Virus record (IMG/VR): IMGVR_UViG_2565956620_000001
Coordinates: 1-31,985 of that record
Origin: a virus
Taxonomy: Duplodnaviria > Heunggongvirae > Uroviricota > Caudoviricetes
Strand: one strand, 5' to 3'
Length of the DNA stretch: 31,985 nt
Below are positions 1 to 8,723 of this stretch, in pieces. Within the stretch, counting starts at the first letter, position 1; the number at the start of each line of letters is the position of its first letter. Made by a program: the position numbers and the translations under genes. The notes beneath the pieces are model-generated. The model was not told the origin of the DNA. It saw only the letters and a list, made by a program, of their open reading frames with translations, and did no database searches.

Positions 1-981
1 TTATAACGTCACTCCGCCTTTTAGTGGATTCAGAGCGACGGCGTTCTGCAGGTAGTCAGGCGCAAGGTGCGCATAGGTCATTGTCTGCTGAATGCTCGCA
101 TGCCCCAGAATCTGTTGCAGTGCAATTATGTTGCCCCCATTCATCATGAAATGGCTTGCGAATGTATGCCGCAGAATGTGGGTTGCCTGATTGGGAGGTA
201 TATCAGGTTTCACTCTGCGTAAAATCCCGCAAAACTTCTCATAATCTACCTTGAACAATTTGGCGCTGGCCTCCTCTTTAACTTTTTTCTCCAGTTCCTC
301 AGAAATCGGCACTGTTCGCTTTTTACCGTTTTTGGTTTTCAGGAAGGTAACCCTGCAACTTGTAATCTGTGCTGGTTTTAGCGTGGCAACTTCCGTCCAT
401 CTTCCTCCAGTGCTCAGACATAAAAGCGCGACAAGTAAGTCATCACCAGTCAAAACATTTAGCAGTTTTTCGATTTCTGCTTTTTCCAGGAACGTCATTT
501 CAGGGTTAGCCTCCGTCAGTGGCGGCAGTCCGTGAATTGGGTGTTGCCCGGAAAATTCATCCAATTGAATTAATTTTGTGAACATGCCGGATAATCGGTA
601 CATGTCGCGGTTTATCGTTGCAGCACTGATGCCATCACGTAGTCGCATGGAGCGATAATCCATCAAAGCCCTTTTGTTCATCCGACTCACTGGTATATCA
701 CCTATGCCGCTGATGGTTTTGAGCAGATGATTAAACTCTTTTGTCCCATGCTCGTGGTTTTGCCCGTGGTATTTCCACCAGATGTCGAGCAATTCTGTCA
801 AAGTTCGGCGGTCTGCTCGCTGGCCTCCCCATTCTTTCTGACTGGCATTGACGATTGTGTATCGCTCAAATGCTACCGCTTCAGCTTTTCTTTCAAATTT
901 CCTGCGGATGCGTTTTCCATCGCGACCGCGAGGCCTGATATCCACTTCATAACGTCCATCATCGAGCTTTCTGATACTCAT
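1..981 (-). CDS. int: Tyrosine integrase, P2 Int family (326 aa)
   Basis: ATG at 981..979 preceded by a G-rich RBS; stop codon at 1..3; the ORF-track N-terminal extension to 1191 has no RBS and overlaps the int-C spacer. Confidence 0.85.
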   Translation of the reverse strand: MSIRKLDDGRYEVDIRPRGRDGKRIRRKFERKAEAVAFERYTIVNASQKEWGGQRADRRTLTELLDIWWKYHGQNHEHGTKEFNHLLKTISGIGDIPVSRMNKRALMDYRSMRLRDGISAATINRDMYRLSGMFTKLIQLDEFSGQHPIHGLPPLTEANPEMTFLEKAEIEKLLNVLTGDDLLVALLCLSTGGRWTEVATLKPAQITSCRVTFLKTKNGKKRTVPISEELEKKVKEEASAKLFKVDYEKFCGILRRVKPDIPPNQATHILRHTFASHFMMNGGNIIALQQILGHASIQQTMTYAHLAPDYLQNAVALNPLKGGVTL

Positions 982-1093
982 AAAGCCCCCCGATGAACAC
1001 GAGTTTTCTTGTTGTTTAGCCCTTTGTGGTTGTGTGATGAATATTTTTTTACCAGTAACATGCATTTTATGTGCATGTAATGTCGGTAAATAG

Positions 1094-1387
1094 TTAGCCA
1101 GTTTTGCGGCCTGAGTGTGACGATGTTGTTTCTTCTGGCCCAGAGTGTGCGACGACCGGGGAAATCTGCCCGGATTCTGGCGCAATCTCATCTGTCATAA
1201 TCCATAATGTATATTTTTTAAACAGCGGTGTGTTGACTACTTGCTTTACGATTTGTAGTCCTGGCTCTTTATGTCCACCTTCATAATTTTTCAACGAACT
1301 AAGTGCTAATCCACTAAGCTCGCAAAATTTTTTTTGTGTTAATCCCTCGGCCTTGCGAATAGCGCGAAGTTTCTCCGATATTTTCAT
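1094..1387 (-). CDS. C: Immunity repressor C (97 aa, HTH)
   Basis: Position between int and cox; C-terminus ...APESGQISPVVAHSGPEETTSSHSGRKTG resembles P2 C as I recall it. Confidence 0.8.
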   Translation of the reverse strand: MKISEKLRAIRKAEGLTQKKFCELSGLALSSLKNYEGGHKEPGLQIVKQVVNTPLFKKYTLWIMTDEIAPESGQISPVVAHSGPEETTSSHSGRKTG

Positions 1388-1417
1388 TTGACATGGTTCC
1401 CCTATGGAGACTATATT
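1388..1417 (+). promoter_or_regulatory. Early promoter Pe candidate: TTGACA (1388..1393), 17-18 bp spacer, CTATAT/TATATT (1411..1417)
   Basis: Consensus -35 hexamer directly abutting the C start codon, with a good -10 at correct spacing, facing cox. Confidence 0.6.
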
Positions 1418-1422
1418 CCCCT
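1397..1422. promoter_or_regulatory. Direct repeats TTCCCCT (1397..1403 and 1416..1422) flanking the Pe -10; candidate C-repressor operator half-sites
   Basis: Two identical 7-mers 19 bp apart bracketing the -10; P2 C is known to bind direct repeats over Pe. Confidence 0.4.
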
Positions 1423-1534
1423 CAAAAGGTACTTGTTCGGAAACCTTTTGGGGCGTGAGTCCAGCCAGTCAGGAACGATCCTGAGCGGTTTTAAGAGGGC
1501 TGGACGGATAAGATTAGCACGAGAGGTGTGTTTT

Positions 1535-1807
1535 ATGGACGCAAACAACTATGTGGTTAAGTATCCGATTGATGCGGTACACCCTGACAAGTTTGCAGAA
1601 TTGCTCGGAAAACCGCGTACTGCGGTCGTTGAAATGATCAAAGCTAACAAGTTGCCGGTAGTTGAATTTCGCGATCCAACTAAGCCGAATGCTCGTGCAG
1701 GAGACAAACTGGTTTTCATTCCTGAGTTCAATCGTGGTGTGCGTGAGGCATTCTACAACCGACCGATAGAACAGCGGGACGCGTGGCTGCTGTGGATGGG
1801 GCTTTAA
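1535..1807 (+). CDS. cox: Cox-like excisionase / repressor of Pc (90 aa)
   Basis: ATG at 1535 with GAGAGG RBS; size and position match P2 Cox; the 1388..1534 part of the ORF-track ORF overlaps the promoter region. Confidence 0.75.
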   Translation: MDANNYVVKYPIDAVHPDKFAELLGKPRTAVVEMIKANKLPVVEFRDPTKPNARAGDKLVFIPEFNRGVREAFYNRPIEQRDAWLLWMGL

Positions 1808-1861
1808 ATCATTGCTAAATCAGGCTGTCAGCAACAGGGCGGACGGCATAAGGGGAACATC

Positions 1862-2050
1862 ATGGCGAACAAAAATAGTACGAACCAGTGCGGCACAGAT
1901 AAGGCACTGACGCAGAGAGAAATTTTAGAACTGGCGGTAAAAATCGGGGATTTCATCAAAGAAGAGGCCGGACGCTTAGATAAACAGGTGTCCGGCAAAG
2001 ATATCAGCGTTATCGCTGGCGTACTGGACTTTATTCACCAGTGCGAGTAA
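1862..2050 (+). CDS. Hypothetical early protein (62 aa)
   Basis: AAGGGGAA RBS 6 nt upstream of ATG; in the early operon. Confidence 0.5.
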   Translation: MANKNSTNQCGTDKALTQREILELAVKIGDFIKEEAGRLDKQVSGKDISVIAGVLDFIHQCE

Positions 2051-2053
2051 TGC

Positions 2054-2230
2054 CTATTTTTTCGCGAGTTTTTCTTCGAGTTTTTTCTCAAGAACTGGAT
2101 AGATAGCATCAAATAAGCGTGAAGCTCGGGTTTCTACAGGAACAGGCATTACTGATTGTTCAGTAAGTGCTCCGCCAATGACTGAACAGGTCTGCTCAAA
2201 AAGAAACTTGGTTTTTTCTAAATCATTCAT
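2054..2230 (-). CDS. Hypothetical small protein (58 aa), antisense to the early operon
   Basis: ATG at 2230 with AAGGAA RBS 7 nt upstream; convergent with the previous ORF, 3 bp gap. Confidence 0.3.
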   Translation of the reverse strand: MNDLEKTKFLFEQTCSVIGGALTEQSVMPVPVETRASRLFDAIYPVLEKKLEEKLAKK

Positions 2231-2347
2231 GTCGTTATTCCTTGTGTTACGAACTACTTGCTTACATTTGGAGTGAAAGCAATTGGATAGTACCACAAGA
2301 CCATGCGCCGGACATGGCTAAAAACCGGCTCTGTTTCAGGAGGAGTT

Positions 2348-2518
2348 ATGCAGGAACCTCGTTGTATTGCTCAGTTATTGCGTAACGAAAGCCCCAGGGC
2401 GATTGACTTCACCATCACCCACGGGAAGGGACGCAAGGGAATCATTATCCGCACCAAAAAACAGAGTCCGTTAAAGAAGGCTCTGACCTTTCTGAAAAGC
2501 CGGAGGGTCTGGAAATGA
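2348..2518 (+). CDS. Hypothetical basic small protein (56 aa)
   Basis: AGGAGG RBS before ATG at 2348; stop overlaps the B start. Confidence 0.5.
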   Translation: MQEPRCIAQLLRNESPRAIDFTITHGKGRKGIIIRTKKQSPLKKALTFLKSRRVWK

Positions 2519-3015
2519 CAGTGATGACGCTCAATCTCGTTGAAAAACAGCCAGCAGCTATGCGCCGGATAATTGGCAAGCATCTTGCCGTCCCTCGCTG
2601 GCAGGATACATGTGATTATTATAATCAGATGATGGAGCGCGAACGGCTAACGGTTTGCTTTCATGCACAGTTAAAACAGCGTCACGCAACGATGCGTTTT
2701 GAAGAAATGAACGACGTCGAACGTGAACGACTGGTATGTGCAATTGATGAATTGCGTGGCGCATTCTCAAAACGCCGTCAGGTTGGCGCAAGTGAGCATG
2801 CATATATTAGTTTTTTAACAGTCAGTCAGCGTCGTACTTTATTTATGCACGCCGGATTGACAGAAAAAGAATTTAATCAGCCATACTGGCGAATTAATGA
2901 AGAGTCATGTTACTGGCGTGATGCTTTATTCCGTGCATTACGTGAATTATTCAGCCTGTTTGAGTATGCACCGACAATTCTGACGTCGGTAAAACCAGAG
3001 CAATATCTGCATTAA
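2515..3015 (+). CDS. B: Replication protein B-like (166 aa)
   Basis: Position upstream of A and length equal to P2 gpB as I recall; start overlaps the upstream stop. Confidence 0.6.
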   Translation: MTVMTLNLVEKQPAAMRRIIGKHLAVPRWQDTCDYYNQMMERERLTVCFHAQLKQRHATMRFEEMNDVERERLVCAIDELRGAFSKRRQVGASEHAYISFLTVSQRRTLFMHAGLTEKEFNQPYWRINEESCYWRDALFRALRELFSLFEYAPTILTSVKPEQYLH

Positions 3016-3078
3016 GTAATTAACCAGAGTTTTTAACGCACTTAATTGTGCGGGGCTTCTTTTTGCCTGGAGAAAGTC

Positions 3079-3303
3079 ATGCATACAGTTTCTGAAAATC
3101 AGTGCGGTATATACGCATTACTGCTGCAACAGGCCAGAACCGAAGCACAGGCCGACGCTGCGACGCGCTTTTCTTCTCATCTTGATGCCATGATTCGCCA
3201 CATCACAAAGGCGGAGTTATCCCGCGTGGAGATAGTCGAGCTGCTCAGTCAGGAGTCGGAAAAATTTCACAATATCGGATTGTCTCGCGGGGAGGTGCTT
3301 TGA
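3079..3303 (+). CDS. Hypothetical protein (74 aa)
   Basis: GGAGAAAG RBS before ATG at 3079. Confidence 0.45.
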
Positions 3304-3602
3304 TGTCCTGTTCTCATTCAGTTGTATTACTGAATAACGCCTTAAAAATCGCCGTTATGAAAAATGGCGATTTGTCTCTTATTCAACTTTGTCTTGATAA
3401 AGAAAAACGCGACATCACTGAATCTGTTATCGCGATTTATCAGAATGAATTAAACCTCCTGTCTGATGTGGTCAATTTACTTGTTAAACGCGCTGTATTC
3501 CACAAGCAAATTTCCTCAGTGGATGAACTGACAAAATTAACGACAGAACTTGCCAGTTATTGCGCTGATGTATCCAGGAAACTTAACGATAAAAGGAGCT
3601 GA
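3303..3602 (+). CDS. Hypothetical protein (99 aa), AT-rich
   Basis: GGAGG RBS; ATG overlaps the upstream TGA (TGATG). Confidence 0.5.
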   Translation: MSCSHSVVLLNNALKIAVMKNGDLSLIQLCLDKEKRDITESVIAIYQNELNLLSDVVNLLVKRAVFHKQISSVDELTKLTTELASYCADVSRKLNDKRS

Positions 3603-3604
3603 TA

Positions 3605-3829
3605 ATGCCGGACAACGTAGATTTTATTCAGGAACAACAGGCTGAATTACTGGAGCGCCAGATTAACGCGGCAAGGGTAAAACATTGCGGTGCTTCTGCG
3701 CTGGTTTGCGAAGAGTGTGACGCGCCAATACCTGCTGCCCGTCGTGCGGCTTATCCGTCAGCCACGCGTTGTGTTTCCTGCCAGTCAGTCTTTGAAGCAA
3801 AAAACAAGCATTACCGGAGAATGGCATGA
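3605..3829 (+). CDS. TraR/DksA-family C4 zinc-finger protein (74 aa)
   Basis: CEEC-x17-CVSC spacing typical of TraR/DksA zinc fingers; AAGGAG RBS. Confidence 0.7.
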   Translation: MPDNVDFIQEQQAELLERQINAARVKHCGASALVCEECDAPIPAARRAAYPSATRCVSCQSVFEAKNKHYRRMA

Positions 3830-4101
3830 GTATTCGTATTGAAATTGGCGAACGTTATGTCGTTACCAGTGACAGCTTTCAGTTTATTCTCCACGAGAAA
3901 AAGAGAGCGGAAAGCGGTAAAAACGCCGGTCAGGAATGGCTGGCGGTGGTTGGTTATTATCCGAAATTAAGCCAGCTCGTTTCCGGCCTGATGCATCACG
4001 ATATTCTGACCGGAAGCGCAAAGTCTTTTGCTGATTTAAACGCGCAGGTTGAGCAACTCAGCAGGCGTTGTTCAGAGGCTTTTGGCTCATATGGCCGTTA
4101 A
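3826..4101 (+). CDS. Hypothetical protein (91 aa)
   Basis: ATGA overlap with the upstream gene; GGAG RBS. Confidence 0.5.
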   Translation: MSIRIEIGERYVVTSDSFQFILHEKKRAESGKNAGQEWLAVVGYYPKLSQLVSGLMHHDILTGSAKSFADLNAQVEQLSRRCSEAFGSYGR

Positions 4102-6385
4102 AGCCTCCGGGCGTTTTGTCCCTCCTTCAGCATTTGCTGCAGGCACCGGTAAGGCGTTTACCGGTGCTTATGCATGGAACGCGCCACGCGAGGCCGTCGG
4201 GCGCGAAAGACCCCTTACACGTGACGAGATGCGTCAGGTGCAAGGTGTTTTATCCACGATTAACCGCCTGCCTTACTTTTTGCGTTCGCTGTTTACTTCA
4301 CGCTATGACTACATCCGGCGCAATAAAAGCCCGGTGCACGGGTTTTATTTCCTCACATCCACTTTTCAGCGTCGTTTATGGCCGCGCATTGAGCGCGTGA
4401 ATCAGCGCCATGAAATGAACACCGACGCGTCGTTGCTGTTTCTGGCAGAGCGTGACCATTATGCGCGTCTGCCGGGGATGAATGATAAGGAGCTGAAAAA
4501 GTTTGCCGCCCGTATTTCATCGCAGCTTTTCATGATGTATGAGGAACTCTGCGATGCCTGGGTGGATGCGCATGGCGAAAAAGAATCGCTGTTTACGGAT
4601 GAGGCGCAGGCTCACCTCTATGGTCATGTTGCTGGCGCTGCACGTGCTTTCAATATTTCCCCTCTCTACTGGAAAAAATACCGTAAAGGACAGATGACCA
4701 CGAGGCAGGCATATTCTGCCATTGCCCGTCTGTTTAACGATGAGTGGTGGATTAGTCAGCTTAAAGGCCAGCGTATGCGCTGGCATGAAGCGTTACTGAT
4801 AGCTGTCGGGGAGGTCAATAAAGACCGTTCTCCTTATGCCAGTAAACACGCCATTCGTGATGTGCGTGCGCGCCGCCAGGCAAATCTGGAATTTCTTAAA
4901 TCGTGTGACCTTGAAAACAGGGAAACCGGCGAACGCATCGACCTTATCAGTAAGGTGATGGGCAGTATTTCTAATCCTGAAATTCGCCGGATGGAGCTGA
5001 TGAACACCATTGCCGGTATTGAGCGTTACGCCGCCGCAGAGGGTGATGTGGGGATGTTTATCACGCTGACCGCGCCGTCAAAGTATCACCCGACACGTCA
5101 GGTCGGAAAAGGCGAAAGAAAAACCGTCCAGCTTAATCACGGCTGGAATGATGAGGCATTTAATCCAAAGGATGCGCAGCGTTATCTCTGCCGTATCTGG
5201 AGCCTGATGCGCACGGCATTCAAGGATAATGATTTACAGGTCTACGGTTTGCGTGTCGTCGAGCCACACCACGACGGAACGCCGCACTGGCATATGATGC
5301 TTTTTTGTAATCCACGCCAGCGTAACCAGATTATCGAAATCATGCGTCGCTATGCGCTCAAAGAGGATGGTGACGAAAGAGGAGCCGCGCGAAACCGTTT
5401 TCAGGCAAAACACCTTAACCGGGGCGGTGCTGCGGGATATATCGCGAAATACATCTCAAAAAACATCGATGGCTATGCACTGGATGGTCAGCTCGATAAC
5501 GATACCGGCAGGCCGCTGAAAGACACAGCGGCGGCTGTTACCGCATGGGCGTCAACGTGGCGCATACCACAATTTAAAACGGTTGGCCTGCCGACAATGG
5601 GGGCTTACCGTGAACTACGCAAATTGCCTCGCGGCGTCAGCATTGCTGATGAGTTTGACGAGCGCGTCGAGGCTGCACGCGCCGCCGCAGACAGTGGTGA
5701 TTTTGCGTTGTATATCCGCGCGCAGGGTGGGGCAAATGTCCCGCGCGATTGTCAGACTGTCAGGGTCGCCCGTAGCCCGTCGGATGACGTTAACGAGTAC
5801 GAGGAAGAGGTCGAGAGAGTGGTCGGCATTTACGCACCGCATCTCGGCGCGCGTCATATTCATATCACCAGAACGACGGAGTGGCGCATTGTGCCGAAAG
5901 TTCCGGTCGTTGAGCCTTTGACTTTAAAAAGCGGCATCGCCGCGCCTCGGAGTCCTGTCAATAACTGTGGAAAGCTCACCGGTGGTGATACTTCGTTACC
6001 GGCTCCCACACCTTCTGAGCACGCCGCAGCAGTGCTTAATCTGGTTGATGACGGTGTTATTGAATGGAATGAACCGGAGGTCGTGAGGGCGCTCAGGGGC
6101 GCACTAAAATACGACCTGAGAACGCCAAACCGTCAGCAAAGAAACGGAAGCCCGTTAAAACCACATGAAATTGCACCATCGGCCAGACTGACCCGGTCGG
6201 AAAGAATGCAAATCACCCGTATCCGCGTTGACCTTGCTCAGAACGGTATCAGGCCGCAGCGATGGGAGCTTGAGGCGCTGGCGCGTGGGGCAACCGTAAA
6301 TTATGACGGGAAACATTTCACTTATCAGGTCGCTGATGAGTGGCTTGGATTTCCTTCTGTTGATTTTTTTGATTGTGGTGCTTGA
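4091..6385 (+). CDS. A: Rolling-circle replication initiator gpA (HUH endonuclease, 764 aa)
   Basis: HUH motif PHWHMMLF (codons about 5282..5305); YIAKYISK with tyrosines at codons 450 and 454 counted from ATG 4091, matching the P2 A active-site numbering as I recall it. Confidence 0.9.
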   Translation: MAVKASGRFVPPSAFAAGTGKAFTGAYAWNAPREAVGRERPLTRDEMRQVQGVLSTINRLPYFLRSLFTSRYDYIRRNKSPVHGFYFLTSTFQRRLWPRIERVNQRHEMNTDASLLFLAERDHYARLPGMNDKELKKFAARISSQLFMMYEELCDAWVDAHGEKESLFTDEAQAHLYGHVAGAARAFNISPLYWKKYRKGQMTTRQAYSAIARLFNDEWWISQLKGQRMRWHEALLIAVGEVNKDRSPYASKHAIRDVRARRQANLEFLKSCDLENRETGERIDLISKVMGSISNPEIRRMELMNTIAGIERYAAAEGDVGMFITLTAPSKYHPTRQVGKGERKTVQLNHGWNDEAFNPKDAQRYLCRIWSLMRTAFKDNDLQVYGLRVVEPHHDGTPHWHMMLFCNPRQRNQIIEIMRRYALKEDGDERGAARNRFQAKHLNRGGAAGYIAKYISKNIDGYALDGQLDNDTGRPLKDTAAAVTAWASTWRIPQFKTVGLPTMGAYRELRKLPRGVSIADEFDERVEAARAAADSGDFALYIRAQGGANVPRDCQTVRVARSPSDDVNEYEEEVERVVGIYAPHLGARHIHITRTTEWRIVPKVPVVEPLTLKSGIAAPRSPVNNCGKLTGGDTSLPAPTPSEHAAAVLNLVDDGVIEWNEPEVVRALRGALKYDLRTPNRQQRNGSPLKPHEIAPSARLTRSERMQITRIRVDLAQNGIRPQRWELEALARGATVNYDGKHFTYQVADEWLGFPSVDFFDCGA

Positions 6386-6461
6386 GTTTACAATCAGTTA
6401 ATAAACGGTAGGATTGTATGCAGTTAAAACAGAATAGTATAAGACCGCTGTAGGCTTTGGC

Positions 6462-6491
6462 TTGTCTAGCATCGACAGCAAAAGCTATCAT
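6462..6491 (+). promoter_or_regulatory. Possible sigma70 promoter for the cargo operon: TTGTCT (6462..6467), 18 bp, TATCAT (6486..6491)
   Basis: Hexamer match only, in the 196-bp A-to-cargo spacer. Confidence 0.25.
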
Positions 6492-6581
6492 GGAAAAACT
6501 AGCTGTTGTATGTTAGGTGTGCAGAAACGAGAGTAGGGTTGAGCACTGTTGCATTCCAGAATTTAGGGGAGGGGTAAACAT

Positions 6582-7757
6582 ATGAAAAAAAACTCGGTAG
6601 GTGTGGAGGATAAATTAAAACATAAAGCAGTTCAATATATTAATATTGAAGATCTGGAGCTTGATGTTGAAAACCCCCGCTTTGGTGAAGACTCTTCTTC
6701 ATCTGATACACAAGTTGATGTGCTGAATAATATTGTTAAAAATTATGGCGTTACTGATGTAATAAGTTCTATTGCAGTGAATGGTTATTTTTCTGCTGAG
6801 CCAATGGTGGTGAGGAAAAATAATAATAAGAAATTCACTGTAATGGAAGGTAATAGAAGGCTGGCTGCCTGTCTTATACTTAAAAATGATGACAGAGCAA
6901 GAGATCAAGTTAATCTGCATCAACAGTATATTGATAAATACAATTCTCATGGGTGCCCTAAAATAGACCCAGTTCCAGCAATAGTTTTTGAAGACGATGA
7001 TGGTGTAGATAAAAAATCACTTATATCATATTTAGGTGTGAGGCATATCGTATCTACAAAGGATTGGGATTCATACGCTAAGGCTGCATGGATATCTCGA
7101 ACCATCAAGGAAGGAGATATGAGCGTATCTGATATTTCCACTATGATTGGTGACCGTAATAGCACTATAAAAAGACTTTTGTCTGGATATAATTTCATTA
7201 AACAAATGGAGTCTGCTGGGAAGTATAATAAAGATGATAGTGTGAAGAAAGGGAGAGGGAGCAATACTAGTTATCCATTCTCGTGGGTTTATACATTGCT
7301 GAGTTATAAGAGTATTCAGGATTTTGTGGGCTTATCAGATAATCCTACAGACCCTAATCCAATAGATGAAAAGAAATTGGATAATGCGAAGCTTCTAATG
7401 ACAGCTATGTTTGGTAATAAAAATAAAGGACAAAACTCACAAGTTAAAGACTCTCGTAATCTTGGTGTCTTGGCTGAGATAGTTGCTTCTCCAGAAAAAG
7501 TTATACTGCTCAAGCAAGGCAAGGATGTTGAAGACATTAATGACCTAACTCAGCCAATCGGCGATAGGTTGACTAGTTTAATGTTAGAAATTAGAAGTAA
7601 ATTGGACGAATGTCTTACGAGGGTAGGGCGTGAAGATTTACCAATGCAGGATGCTATTCAACTTAATATATATCTTGAGCAAATAAGTAAACAATTTAGA
7701 TCTTTTAGAGTATCAATTAATGAGGCTATTACTGGAAGTGATAGTGAGGGTTTTTAA
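6582..7757 (+). CDS. ParB/sulfiredoxin-like N-terminal domain protein (391 aa), hotspot cargo
   Basis: GGGGAGGGG RBS; N-terminal signature IEDLELDVENPR ... SIAVNGYFSAEPMVV ... FTVMEGNRRLAA (GNRR at 6849..6860) typical of the ParB N-terminal fold; AT-rich. Confidence 0.7.
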   Translation: MKKNSVGVEDKLKHKAVQYINIEDLELDVENPRFGEDSSSSDTQVDVLNNIVKNYGVTDVISSIAVNGYFSAEPMVVRKNNNKKFTVMEGNRRLAACLILKNDDRARDQVNLHQQYIDKYNSHGCPKIDPVPAIVFEDDDGVDKKSLISYLGVRHIVSTKDWDSYAKAAWISRTIKEGDMSVSDISTMIGDRNSTIKRLLSGYNFIKQMESAGKYNKDDSVKKGRGSNTSYPFSWVYTLLSYKSIQDFVGLSDNPTDPNPIDEKKLDNAKLLMTAMFGNKNKGQNSQVKDSRNLGVLAEIVASPEKVILLKQGKDVEDINDLTQPIGDRLTSLMLEIRSKLDECLTRVGREDLPMQDAIQLNIYLEQISKQFRSFRVSINEAITGSDSEGF

Positions 7758-7759
7758 TT

Positions 7760-8716
7760 GTGAATTATGGTTTACGCTCTAAAATGCAGGGATTCGCAAC
7801 AGATGCGGATCAAGCAGAATTTAATGCATTACTTGATGTTAGCGCGACAATAGACTCAGGAATTGAGGATGATAAAATTGCTGGAACTATCTATGATGAG
7901 TTAGAAAATTTAGATGGTCATTTGGAAGAAGAATGGATGATGGAAGATCAGGGAAAGGAGCTTTTAGTTGGTCAGATTGCCGAGCATATACAATGGAGAG
8001 CAAAGGTTTTGGATGATATGTATCCATTTGAATATAAAGAAAATCATCTAACATTAAAGGAGTCTCCTTCCCTTGTTTATCTGTTTTGCTTATGTGTCTC
8101 TGTAATTAATAATTTAACAAAAGGAGATAATGTTAAGTTGCCTAGATTTTTTGAAGTTATGGCTGGGCGATTATTCACAAAATTTTTTAGTTCACACGCA
8201 AAACACATGCATACTGGTTGGCCTCGTTCAAATGGAAATCCTAGTAGTTATAAGGAACTAGCTTATAAACTGAACTCTTCGATCTCACCAAATACAAGAG
8301 AATGGTCTTGGCGCGTAGAGAATGGCTTAAGAGATGAGGATGCATTGAGAATTAAAGATTGTGGTGTGGATTTTGTTACATGGGTTGATTTTTTGGATGG
8401 TAGAGATGGACGTTTATTTGCTTTAGGGCAATGCGCTTGTGGTAATGATTGGCCAACAAAGTTTCAGGATATTAAAATTGAAAGGTTAACACCATGGTTT
8501 CATCCATTAACTTACATTAAGTGTGTTAAAGTTTTCTCAACACCTTATGTGTTAGTTGATGAAATGATAAGAGAAGCAAGCGCAGAAGCTGGAATTATAT
8601 TTGATCGAGTCCGTTTAACTATTGCATATGAGCGTTTTAAGGATGAATTTGGTGATATGCAGGATGAGTTAGATGCGTTAATTACCTTTTGTAAAGAATT
8701 AAAAAAGGCCCAGTGA
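7760..8716 (+). CDS. Hypothetical protein (318 aa), coupled partner of the ParB-like gene
   Basis: GTG start 3 nt after the upstream stop with GTGAGGG upstream; same AT-rich composition; no motif I can recognise. Confidence 0.55.
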   Translation: MNYGLRSKMQGFATDADQAEFNALLDVSATIDSGIEDDKIAGTIYDELENLDGHLEEEWMMEDQGKELLVGQIAEHIQWRAKVLDDMYPFEYKENHLTLKESPSLVYLFCLCVSVINNLTKGDNVKLPRFFEVMAGRLFTKFFSSHAKHMHTGWPRSNGNPSSYKELAYKLNSSISPNTREWSWRVENGLRDEDALRIKDCGVDFVTWVDFLDGRDGRLFALGQCACGNDWPTKFQDIKIERLTPWFHPLTYIKCVKVFSTPYVLVDEMIREASAEAGIIFDRVRLTIAYERFKDEFGDMQDELDALITFCKELKKAQ

Positions 8717-8722
8717 TGGGCC
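8701..8722 (-). terminator. Hairpin GGCCCA-gtga-TGGGCC followed by a T6 run on the minus strand; terminator between convergent genes
   Basis: Stem 8707..8712 / 8717..8722 spans both stop codons; A6 at 8701..8706 is a T-run for the minus-strand transcript. Confidence 0.5.
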
Positions 8723-8723
8723 A

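Noticed and set aside
982-1191. N-terminal extension of the integrase ORF to 396 aa
   Set aside because: The extension has no ribosome-binding site and overlaps the int-C spacer; ATG at 981 with a G-rich RBS gives a P2-sized integrase.
1388-1534. N-terminal extension of cox to 139 aa
   Set aside because: It would be translated across the Pe promoter/operator region; ATG at 1535 has an RBS and gives a P2-sized Cox.
4049-4090. Upstream start for gene A
   Set aside because: ATG at 4091 reproduces the P2 active-site numbering (Tyr450/Tyr454).
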